64,000 bases of DNA, from NCBI GenBank assembly GCA_964385425.1, contig CAYLOQ010000001.1, forward strand, positions 86,602-150,601, given 5' to 3'. Positions within the stretch are counted from its first letter, which is position 1. Every line of letters begins with the position of its first letter. The DNA comes from Candidatus Woesearchaeota archaeon (GTDB lineage: Archaea; Nanobdellota; Nanobdellia; Pacearchaeales; GW2011-AR1). The notes under the pieces were generated by a model. That model saw only the letters and a program-made list of their open reading frames with translations, was not told the DNA's origin and made no database searches. Below, one piece after another: positions 56,529 to 64,000 of the stretch. A program made the position numbers and the translations under genes.

Positions 56529-56634
56529 CTCGACATGTGTAGTTTAAAGTATATATCTGGATAGTGGCTTGCTTTTAAACCTTTCGCAAAACATATTTCA
56601 CAATATTTATTAAGCAATATACCCAATAAAAACC

Positions 56635-57249
56635 ATGAAAAAATCCAAAATAAAGATACTCGCAATAGGAGATATACACGGAGATACGAGGCTTGTTAAA
56701 AAACTGGCCAATAAAGCGAAAAGAGAACACGTGGATTTGGTGATCTTAGCAGGAGATATGACTTTTGCAGAACAATCCACAGATCAGCTCATAGGTCCTT
56801 TCATAAAAGAAGGGAAACAGGTTCTCTTAATACCTGGAAACCATGAATCTGTTGCAACAATAGATTTCTTGGCACAGATGTATCCTAACACTAAAAACAT
56901 TCATGGATATGGATTCAAAAAAAATAATGTTGGGGTTTTTGGAGCAGGAACCGCAAATATGGGAATACACCAGATCGGAGATGAAAATATCTTTAAACTA
57001 TTAAAAAGAGGGAACGAAGAAATAAAAGACGCAAGAAAAAAAGTAATGGTAACACACATACATCCAAGAGGGAGCAAGGCAGAAGTTTTTGGATTTCCGG
57101 GATCCAGAGCAGTGAGAAAAGCCATAGAAAAATTTCAACCAGATATATCGATAACTGCCCACATGCACGAGGCAGGTGGTCTGGAAGAAACCATTGGCTC
57201 CACAAGAGTGATCAATGTCAGCAAGAAAGCAAAGATTTTTGAGGTTTAA
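56635..57249 (+). CDS. Calcineurin-like metallophosphoesterase
   Basis: Motifs ILAIGDIHGD, ILAGDMT, and GNHE. Confidence 0.7.
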   Translation: MKKSKIKILAIGDIHGDTRLVKKLANKAKREHVDLVILAGDMTFAEQSTDQLIGPFIKEGKQVLLIPGNHESVATIDFLAQMYPNTKNIHGYGFKKNNVGVFGAGTANMGIHQIGDENIFKLLKRGNEEIKDARKKVMVTHIHPRGSKAEVFGFPGSRAVRKAIEKFQPDISITAHMHEAGGLEETIGSTRVINVSKKAKIFEV

Positions 57250-57286
57250 CAAAAACCTATAAAAACTCTAATTCTTCCTCATAAGA

Positions 57287-59590
57287 ATGCCAAGAAAACA
57301 GAAAAAAACAAAAGAAGAGAAAATTGCAGAGAATTTTTTTCCTGTTGATCCTGAAAATATTAAGAGGATAATTGAAAAAAAATATAAAAAATCAGACAGG
57401 AAAATTTTAGAAAAAGTAGAAAAAGTTTCAAAAAGAAGATACAGGAGGAAAGGGACTGTTAAAAAAACCATAAAGAAAGAATATAAAATTCCTAAAATAA
57501 AATTAAAAAAAGATGGATATGAACTAATAATAACAGAGAAGCCGCAGGCTGCCCAAAAAATTGCTTCTGCCTTAGGAAAATCTATAAAAAAAACCGATAA
57601 AAGTGTTCCTTATTATGAGGTTGACAGAAAAGGAGAAAAAATAGTTGTTGCCTGTACCGTCGGGCATCTTTTCACACTAAGCCAAAAAAAAGCGCGTTCA
57701 GAAGTCCCTGTATTTGATATTGCCTGGGTTCCAAATTCTTTCGTAAGAAAAACAGACTTTAGTAAAAAATATCATGATGTCCTTTCAAAACTTGCTAAAG
57801 GGGCAGGTTCCATTACAGTTGCAACAGACTACGATGTAGAGGGAGAAGTCATAGGGTTAAACATAGTCAGATTTATCGCTGGACAACCTGATGCAGCTAG
57901 AATGAAGTTTTCTACCTTAACAGAAAAAGAACTAAACAAAGCCTATGAAGACAAATCACAAAATATTGATTGGGGACAAGCAATTGCAGGAGAAACGAGG
58001 CATTATTTGGATTGGTTTTATGGAATAAATTTATCAAGAGCGCTAATGAATGCCATAAAAACAACAGGCAACTTTCGTATAATGTCTATAGGACGTGTTC
58101 AGGGTCCTTCCTTAAATCTCATTGTAAAAAAAGAAAAAGAAATTCAAGCATTCAAACCAAAACCTTATTGGCAGGTTTTTATATCCCTAGAAAATCCTGA
58201 GCTAGAATTAATACATAACAAAGATATTTTTGACAAAGAGCAACTGAAAGAATTTGAAAATTTAATCGGCAAGACAGGAAAGGCAGAAACCAAAAAAACA
58301 CAGCAAAACCTTTCTCCGAATCCTCCTTTCAACCTTACAACATTACAAACAGAAGCATATAGGTTCTATGGAATAACTCCCTCGAGAACTCTTCAGATAG
58401 CACAATCCCTCTACCTCTCTGGATTGATTTCATATCCAAGAACCTCAAGCCAAAAACTTCCAATATCTATAAACTACGGAGAAATTTTAAAAAAACTCTG
58501 GAAGAAATACAAGGTAGAGACGCTGATTAAAAGAGAAAAACCTGTGGAAGGTCGTAAAAACGACCCTGCCCACCCCTCAATCTACCCCACAGGGGGCTTC
58601 GAATCAATAGGAAGTGCGGAACCCTTGGTTCTGCAAGGAGATGAGAAAAAAATTTATGATCTTATTGCCAGGCGTTTTCTCAGTCTTTTTTGTGAAGATG
58701 CTATAATTGATAATAAGATAGTAAAGGCAAAAGTTGATGGATTAACTTTCTCGGCTAAGGGTTCTAAAATAAGAAAAAAATCCTGGATTGATATTTACCC
58801 AACCAAGTTAAGAGAGAAGGACGTACCTGATGTAAACGGTGATTTTAGGATTGGTGATTCCAGAATAGAAGAAAAAGAAACCCAGCCTCCAAGACGTTTT
58901 TCTCCCGCATCAATTTTATCTGAACTTGAAAGAAGAAATCTCGGGACAAAGGCCACTCGTGCTTCCATTCTTGAAACACTTTACAGTAGGAATTATGTAA
59001 AAGACCAGAGTATCAAAGCAACCCCCCTTGGAATGTCCCTAATTAAAACACTGGAAAAACATTCTCCAATAATAATTGACGAAGCCCTAACAAGGGAATT
59101 TGAAAAAGACATGGAATCTATCCGACAGGCAAAAAGGAATTATCTAGAGAAGGAGGAAAAAACAATTGAAAAGGCCAAGGACACTTTAAGAAAAATCTCA
59201 ACACAGTTCAATTCCAGGATTAATGAAATTGGAAAAGAACTTTTGGATGCCAATGTGAAGCTTAGGGAGCAGCAAAGAGAAGAGAATAAACTCAATCTGT
59301 GTCCTTTGTGTAAAAAAGGGCATCTTGGAATAATGTATTCAAAAAAAACTAGAAGATATTTTGTGGCGTGCAACAGTTTTCCTGCCTGCAAAAACACCTA
59401 CTCCCTACCTCCAAACGGGCTGATAAAAAAGGCTGAAAAAGCCTGTGAGAAATGTGGCTTTCCAAAACTTATGAGAATTTCAAAGGGAAAGAGGCCATGG
59501 ATATTTTGCTTCAATCCTTCGTGTATCGTGAATAAGGAGAGAATTGAGGCTTATAGGAAGAAAAAGGAAATGGAGAACAATAATAGTTAA
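57287..59590 (+). CDS. topA: DNA topoisomerase, type IA, with C-terminal zinc ribbons
   Basis: Toprim domain (LIITEKPQAAQKIA; VATDYDVEGE), active-site Tyr region (GLISYPRTSSQKL), RASILETLYSRNYV, and C-terminal C4 ribbons (CPLCKKGHLG...CNSFPACKN; CEKCGFP...CFNPSC). No helicase domain, so it is not reverse gyrase. Confidence 0.85.
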   Translation: MPRKQKKTKEEKIAENFFPVDPENIKRIIEKKYKKSDRKILEKVEKVSKRRYRRKGTVKKTIKKEYKIPKIKLKKDGYELIITEKPQAAQKIASALGKSIKKTDKSVPYYEVDRKGEKIVVACTVGHLFTLSQKKARSEVPVFDIAWVPNSFVRKTDFSKKYHDVLSKLAKGAGSITVATDYDVEGEVIGLNIVRFIAGQPDAARMKFSTLTEKELNKAYEDKSQNIDWGQAIAGETRHYLDWFYGINLSRALMNAIKTTGNFRIMSIGRVQGPSLNLIVKKEKEIQAFKPKPYWQVFISLENPELELIHNKDIFDKEQLKEFENLIGKTGKAETKKTQQNLSPNPPFNLTTLQTEAYRFYGITPSRTLQIAQSLYLSGLISYPRTSSQKLPISINYGEILKKLWKKYKVETLIKREKPVEGRKNDPAHPSIYPTGGFESIGSAEPLVLQGDEKKIYDLIARRFLSLFCEDAIIDNKIVKAKVDGLTFSAKGSKIRKKSWIDIYPTKLREKDVPDVNGDFRIGDSRIEEKETQPPRRFSPASILSELERRNLGTKATRASILETLYSRNYVKDQSIKATPLGMSLIKTLEKHSPIIIDEALTREFEKDMESIRQAKRNYLEKEEKTIEKAKDTLRKISTQFNSRINEIGKELLDANVKLREQQREENKLNLCPLCKKGHLGIMYSKKTRRYFVACNSFPACKNTYSLPPNGLIKKAEKACEKCGFPKLMRISKGKRPWIFCFNPSCIVNKERIEAYRKKKEMENNNS

Positions 59591-59614
59591 AAAGTATTAA
59601 AATATGGTTTCTTT

Positions 59615-60055
59615 ATGGGTTCACAAACTTTAGAAGAAAAAGCTGTTAAAGTTCGCATTGGAAAAGTCATGAAAGATATAGTTGAAGTTAAAGGTTCTGT
59701 AATATGGGTTGAAGGATTTAATGAACCCTTTGAAATAATGCTCAAGCCAGGAACTATGATAGTTGATGACCACCTCCCTCGTGTAACAGGATATCAAAAA
59801 AAATTACACATAGCCTTAGATTCTGAAACCTCAACATATGGAATAGGATTATTAAAATTTATGGGAACAAGTCCTGTAAGAAGAGGGGATAATATAACGG
59901 CTGGCCTTATATTAGGAGAAAATGTAGAGAAGTCTGGTGAAGGGGAAGCTCTTTATGTAAGTATGTGGGGAGATGATGAATTTCTTATAAGAAGAGATTA
60001 TATGGATGGTTATGATCCCTTACATAATGAAGCTAAAAGATTAGGATTAACTTAA
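59615..60055 (+). CDS. Hypothetical protein
   Basis: 146-aa ORF; no motif. Confidence 0.4.
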   Translation: MGSQTLEEKAVKVRIGKVMKDIVEVKGSVIWVEGFNEPFEIMLKPGTMIVDDHLPRVTGYQKKLHIALDSETSTYGIGLLKFMGTSPVRRGDNITAGLILGENVEKSGEGEALYVSMWGDDEFLIRRDYMDGYDPLHNEAKRLGLT

Positions 60056-60090
60056 AACCACTTGCCCAAAGTCATCTGGGTTTTTAAAAA
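60054..60090. repeat. Copy A of a ~35-bp imperfect direct repeat (ttaaaaccacTTGCCCAAAGTcATCTGGGTTTTTa)
   Basis: About 30 of 34 positions identical to 60594-60633. Confidence 0.5.
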
Positions 60091-60304
60091 CAACCAAAAA
60101 GTAATTAAATCAATATTTTCTTTAAAGAAAATGGAAAAACAAATTATAAATATAACTAAAGAAGAACTGGATGATTTCATGAGACAAATAGATGGGATAA
60201 AGTCCACAATAGAAATATTGCAAAATAGAGAATTAATGAGCCAAATTAAAGAAAGCGAAGAACTTGAAAGAAAGAGAATAAATCCTCTTAAAATTAATAT
60301 TTAA
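60062..60304 (+). CDS. Hypothetical small coiled-coil protein (TTG start in the track)
   Basis: 80 aa; the start lies inside the first copy of the 35-bp repeat; weak. Confidence 0.25.
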   Translation: MPKVIWVFKNNQKVIKSIFSLKKMEKQIINITKEELDDFMRQIDGIKSTIEILQNRELMSQIKESEELERKRINPLKINI

Positions 60305-60558
60305 TAAATTTTGTGAGAACCAACTGCTTCCGCAATAATCAATTTTCTAAAATCATCAATTTTATAAACCATTCTCATATTTGAGCCAAGCCAGCATGCC
60401 CATTTTCCCGATAACCTCCCATGTAAAGGATGTGCACCACATTCTCTTCGTGGATTTTGTTTTAACCTATTAAGTCTCTCTTTAATCCCTGGTCTCAAGG
60501 CAATATAGTCTCCAAGTTTTTGCTTGATTTTTTGGTTGCGTGTTACTATTTCATACAT
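60301..60558 (-). CDS. RelE/ParE-family toxin
   Basis: 85 aa; the C-terminal pattern GRLSGKWACWLGSNMRMVYKIDD...IIAEAVGSHKIY matches the RelE/ParE/YoeB core (G-x-W, R-h-h-Y, H-x-x-Y). Confidence 0.55.
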   Translation of the reverse strand: MYEIVTRNQKIKQKLGDYIALRPGIKERLNRLKQNPRRECGAHPLHGRLSGKWACWLGSNMRMVYKIDDFRKLIIAEAVGSHKIY

Positions 60559-60593
60559 AAATCATAGATGAATCACTTATTTTTAAATAATTC

Positions 60594-60633
60594 TTAAAAC
60601 CACGTTCCCAAAGTAGTCTGGGTTTTTATTTGT
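60594..60633. repeat. Copy B of the ~35-bp imperfect direct repeat (ttaaaaccacgTTCCCAAAGTaGTCTGGGTTTTTa)
   Basis: See copy A. Together the two copies bracket the RelE-like gene. Confidence 0.5.
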
Positions 60634-60725
60634 TCAAGCAACTTGCTCTTTTTAAAAATTTTACTCGGATCGTATCCAAACTTTATCATTCCTATTTTTC
60701 TGGCACTTTCTGTGATTTCTTTCAT
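60597..60725 (-). CDS. Candidate 43-aa ORF upstream of the RelE-like toxin (possible short antitoxin)
   Basis: MKEITESARKIGMIKFGYDPSKIFKKSKLLEQIKTQTTLGTWF, found by eye; it ends inside the second 35-bp repeat and is too short for the ORF track. Confidence 0.2.
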
Positions 60726-60802
60726 ATCATCAAATTCAAGTTTTTTATTGTTTAACGCTTTTCTATTCTAAGATAAAAATTTTAACTGATGGATAAATTA
60801 AG

Positions 60803-62851
60803 TTATAATAATCCTTGTTTTTTTAATCTGGATCTAATGGCATTTGGTTGTCGTTTTAAGATTTGGGCAATCTCATCAATAGAAGTATTTTCAGAATACA
60901 AATTTTTTAATTTATTATCCTCTTCTTCTTTCCAAGGTTCATAAGCATTTGGAAATTCTTCTTTAATTTGTTCCAACCTCTTATGGTAATTTGTTTTTAT
61001 ATAATTCTCAACAACATTCTTTTTAGACTTTATAATCACCCTTACTAACCTAATTTCTTCATAAGAATATTCTCCATTAAAATAATTATAAACTGGAGCA
61101 AGTCGTTCAATACCAAATTTTTCAAAGGCAGATTGTATACTCTTAAATTTTTCTCTCAATGGAAGTAAGTAATTAATATCCATTTTTTCTCCACCATCTA
61201 TGATTTTTTCAATATGGGTAATTATAGTCCTTTCTTTTAACCCCTGTGTTTCTACGATTTTTTCTATTGAGATTTTTTCTGAAATCATCTCTTTTGTTTT
61301 TTGATAATTTTTTGATAAATATCTTACTCTCTTTTTATGATTACTCCCAAGAATTTTTTCAGGAACAATATTATTTTCTCTTACATAATCATTTATTACT
61401 TCTAAAAATGATTCTCCAAAATCATTTAATTTTTGCTGTCCAACTCCGTTAATTTTTAAAAACTCATTGTCACCTTTTGGAAAGTAGAAAGACATTTCTC
61501 TCAGAGAAACATCTCCAAATATAATAAAAGGAGGAAAATTTCTCTCATTAGCAATTTGTTTTCTTAGGGCTCGTAGTTTTTCAAATAAAATCCTGTCATA
61601 AGACATATCTTCTTTTACTTTTTCAAAGATTAAGCTTTTATCTGTAACAGCTCCTTTTATTTCAGAAAGATTTAAACAAATATCACATCCACCACAATTA
61701 TTTTTCAAAAATGATTCCCCAAAATATCCAAGTATATCTTTCCTTCTGCAAGAGGTATTTTCGCAGTAGATCATCATTTTATTTAATTTATCTAAGGTAG
61801 TATTCCGAATAATTTCGTCTTGAATTTGATCAGTAAAAAATTCATGTTTTCTTTTATCCCCTTTTGAATAAAATAAAACGCAATCACTTGAAAGCCCGTC
61901 ACGTCCTGCCCTTCCTATTTCTTGATAATATCCTTCAATTGATTTTGGGAATGTATGATGAATAATTAATCGTATGTCTGGTTTATCTATACCCATGCCA
62001 AAAGCAATTGTGGCCACCATGATGTTCACTTTATCTTTAATAAACAATTCCTGATTTTGTTTCCTTATTTTATTAGAAAGACCAGCATGATATGGGAGAG
62101 CTTCAAATCCATTTTCTTTTAACCGCTGAGCAATTTTTTCTGTATCTTTACGCGAAAAACAATAAATAATTATGGATTCATTTTTATGTTTTTTAATTAG
62201 ACTTAAAATTTTATTAAAAGTATTCTTTTTTTGCATGACAATCAAATTAAGATTTTCTCTATTAAAACTTGAAATAAAAATTCGTGGATTTGTTAAAGAT
62301 AATTGTTTTAAAATGTCATCTTTTACTTTTAATGTAGCTGTTGCAGTTAAAGCAATTATAGGAACATTGGGAAAAATAGTTTTTAAAAACTTTAAATTTC
62401 TATATTCTTGACGAAAATCATGCCCCCATTCAGAAATACAGTGAGCTTCATCTATAGCGATTAAACTTATTTGGATTGTTGTTAAAAATATTTTAAAATC
62501 ATCCAATGCTAATCTTTCTGGAGCAACATAAAGAATTTTTACATCTTTTCTTTGGATTTTTTTCTTTACATTTTCAATCTCTTCAAATAAGAGAGAAGAA
62601 TTAATGTATTCTGCATCAATTCCATTTGCCTTTAGATTATCGACCTGATCTTTCATTAAAGAGATAAGGGGAGAAATTACAATGGTAAGACCTTCAAATT
62701 TAAGAGCAGGAATTTGATAACAAAGGGATTTTCCTCCTCCGGTTGGCATAAGAACAAGTGAATCTCTTTTCTGAAGAACATTTTTAATAATATCTAGTTG
62801 CATTGGTCTAAATTCATCATAACCAAAATATTTTTTTAGTAATAATTCCAT
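60803..62851 (-). CDS. recQ: RecQ-family ATP-dependent DNA helicase (with RQC/HRDC-like C-terminal region)
   Basis: Motif 0/I (FGYDEFRPMQLDII...LMPTGGGKSLCYQIPAL), DEAH box (IAIDEAHCISEWGHDFR), Zn-binding Cys cluster (CENTSCRRKDILGYFGE...CGGCDIC), and a C-terminal HRDC-like region; 682 aa. Confidence 0.85.
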   Translation of the reverse strand: MELLLKKYFGYDEFRPMQLDIIKNVLQKRDSLVLMPTGGGKSLCYQIPALKFEGLTIVISPLISLMKDQVDNLKANGIDAEYINSSLLFEEIENVKKKIQRKDVKILYVAPERLALDDFKIFLTTIQISLIAIDEAHCISEWGHDFRQEYRNLKFLKTIFPNVPIIALTATATLKVKDDILKQLSLTNPRIFISSFNRENLNLIVMQKKNTFNKILSLIKKHKNESIIIYCFSRKDTEKIAQRLKENGFEALPYHAGLSNKIRKQNQELFIKDKVNIMVATIAFGMGIDKPDIRLIIHHTFPKSIEGYYQEIGRAGRDGLSSDCVLFYSKGDKRKHEFFTDQIQDEIIRNTTLDKLNKMMIYCENTSCRRKDILGYFGESFLKNNCGGCDICLNLSEIKGAVTDKSLIFEKVKEDMSYDRILFEKLRALRKQIANERNFPPFIIFGDVSLREMSFYFPKGDNEFLKINGVGQQKLNDFGESFLEVINDYVRENNIVPEKILGSNHKKRVRYLSKNYQKTKEMISEKISIEKIVETQGLKERTIITHIEKIIDGGEKMDINYLLPLREKFKSIQSAFEKFGIERLAPVYNYFNGEYSYEEIRLVRVIIKSKKNVVENYIKTNYHKRLEQIKEEFPNAYEPWKEEEDNKLKNLYSENTSIDEIAQILKRQPNAIRSRLKKQGLL

Positions 62852-63081
62852 TTTTGCTAATTATTTTTTACGTGTTCGTTTTTAATATTTAATTATTTTA
62901 TTCCCATTCACTATTATAAAGAAATGGGTAGTGGGGGATTATAAATATTTTTATTTCAAGAGTGTCCCTTCAACTAAATCTTCTCCATCTAAAAATTCCA
63001 TTTTTTCTTAATTAATTTTCTAATACTTTCTCTAACGACCTAATACACAAACTATATAAAGATTAAAATCCTATTTTAAGT

Positions 63082-64000
63082 ATGAAAAATTACAAGGAAA
63101 TTCACATTTGGGAATTTAATCCAACACTGACTTTTATCGGTTTAAAAGAGGATTTCAGAAAAGTTCTTTTTAGCGAATTAAGAAACACCCATAATTCCGT
63201 AAAAGATTTGTTAAAAAACTTAAATAAATCAGCCAAAAAATATAAAATAAAAAGAAATTATAAAACAGGACATTTAAGTTCTTGGATAAAAAGTTATAAA
63301 AAAGACCGAGGTAAAATCAAAAATATAAACATTCCATTATGGCTACTAATAGAAATTTCAAAAATTCTTTCTGAAAGCAGGAAGAAGGATAATAAAATAA
63401 TGAAAGAAATAGAGGAAAATATAGAATATTATACTGGCACAGGGAGATCTCATCCAATAAAAAATCCTAAACTACCGTTATATTTAACTCCTGAAATGGT
63501 TTCTGTAATATTTCATTTCGTGGGGGACGGACATATTGGAAGGAAAAAGGTTGTTTCATCATATAGGCAAATGAATAAAATAGGGCTAAATAATTTTCTT
63601 AAAAAACTAAAAAATATATTTGGGGATTTTAATTATCCCAAACAAGAATTCAATAATGGAAGATTAAATATCCCAAAGACAATAACTGAATTTTATTTGC
63701 ATTATTTCAAATTACCAAGCACAAGAACATTTGATTCGTATATTCCTAATCATATAAAATCTTACAAAAAACAATTTCTCCTCTCAGGTTTAATTTCTTT
63801 TATAGTAGACGAAGGCCACGTGGGTGAAGTTATAACCATTTATAGTAAAAATAAAAGATTAATAAAAGATATAAGAGAAATTTCTATTAAATGCGGGTAC
63901 TTGTCCCACCCTATAAGAGAAAAATATGCTTATGGAAAGTTTGATGTTTATAGATTCAGTATTTCATCAAAAAACTATAATCAATTCCATGATGATATAA
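63082..64000 (+). CDS. Free-standing double-motif LAGLIDADG homing endonuclease-like protein (continues past the right edge)
   Basis: Hand translation from ATG 63082 stays open to the window end. Two LAGLIDADG-like motifs are present: VIFHFVGDGHIGRKK and LLSGLISFIVDEGHVGEV. It is not in the ORF track because no stop falls in the window. Confidence 0.5.
   Translation, partial: MKNYKEIHIWEFNPTLTFIGLKEDFRKVLFSELRNTHNSVKDLLKNLNKSAKKYKIKRNYKTGHLSSWIKSYKKDRGKIKNINIPLWLLIEISKILSESRKKDNKIMKEIEENIEYYTGTGRSHPIKNPKLPLYLTPEMVSVIFHFVGDGHIGRKKVVSSYRQMNKIGLNNFLKKLKNIFGDFNYPKQEFNNGRLNIPKTITEFYLHYFKLPSTRTFDSYIPNHIKSYKKQFLLSGLISFIVDEGHVGEVITIYSKNKRLIKDIREISIKCGYLSHPIREKYAYGKFDVYRFSISSKNYNQFHDDI

Noticed and set aside
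60062-60304. Minus-strand antisense reading of this region as the source of the ..KTQMTLGKWF* peptide
   Set aside because: No start codon or coherent ORF of useful length was found upstream on that strand. It is treated as a decayed remnant rather than a gene.
1-64000. rRNA, RNase P RNA, SRP RNA, or other long structured ncRNA
   Set aside because: No GC-rich non-coding stretch of suitable length was found. The only GC-rich non-coding segment is the DGR TR region.

Overview
This window looks like a contiguous stretch of a small, AT-rich archaeal genome, probably DPANN-like. The evidence is archaeal/eukaryotic-type TrpRS, ThrRS, PheRS alpha/beta, PolB, RFC small and large subunits, FEN-1, Cdc48, TFS/RpoM, ribosomal protein L41e, MetAP2, and two tRNAs with canonical 37/38 introns. 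Most of the window is dense housekeeping genes (ppsA, pyrG, pyrH, topA, nth, signal peptidase, Trm5-like and NSUN-like methyltransferases), mixed with many small hypothetical membrane or secreted proteins. The main finding is a complete diversity-generating retroelement (DGR) immediately downstream of pheT. It has a reverse transcriptase carrying the DGR-specific LGxxxSQ motif (21781-23196, +). It has an 85-bp template repeat at 23216-23300 and a matching variable repeat at 23705-23789 inside a minus-strand target gene (23468-24400). The two repeats differ at 9 positions, every one at a template adenine and every one A->G. A GC hairpin with a GGA loop sits 4 nt downstream of the variable repeat. 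The layout is atypical: the RT is convergent to the template/target strand, the variable repeat is not at the C-terminus, the target has no signal peptide, and the substitutions are all A->G. Other notable items: a Hanks-type Ser/Thr kinase broken by a 1-nt frameshift in a G4 run; an orphan tRNA 3'-end fragment after a 1.4-kb methyltransferase islet; ~35-bp imperfect direct repeats flanking a RelE/ParE-like toxin; a RecQ helicase followed by a free-standing LAGLIDADG endonuclease gene at the right edge; a class-III-signal-peptide pilin-like protein with a (GN)n microsatellite; and a PEP synthase with a ~170-aa acidic tail. No CRISPR array or rRNA gene was found.
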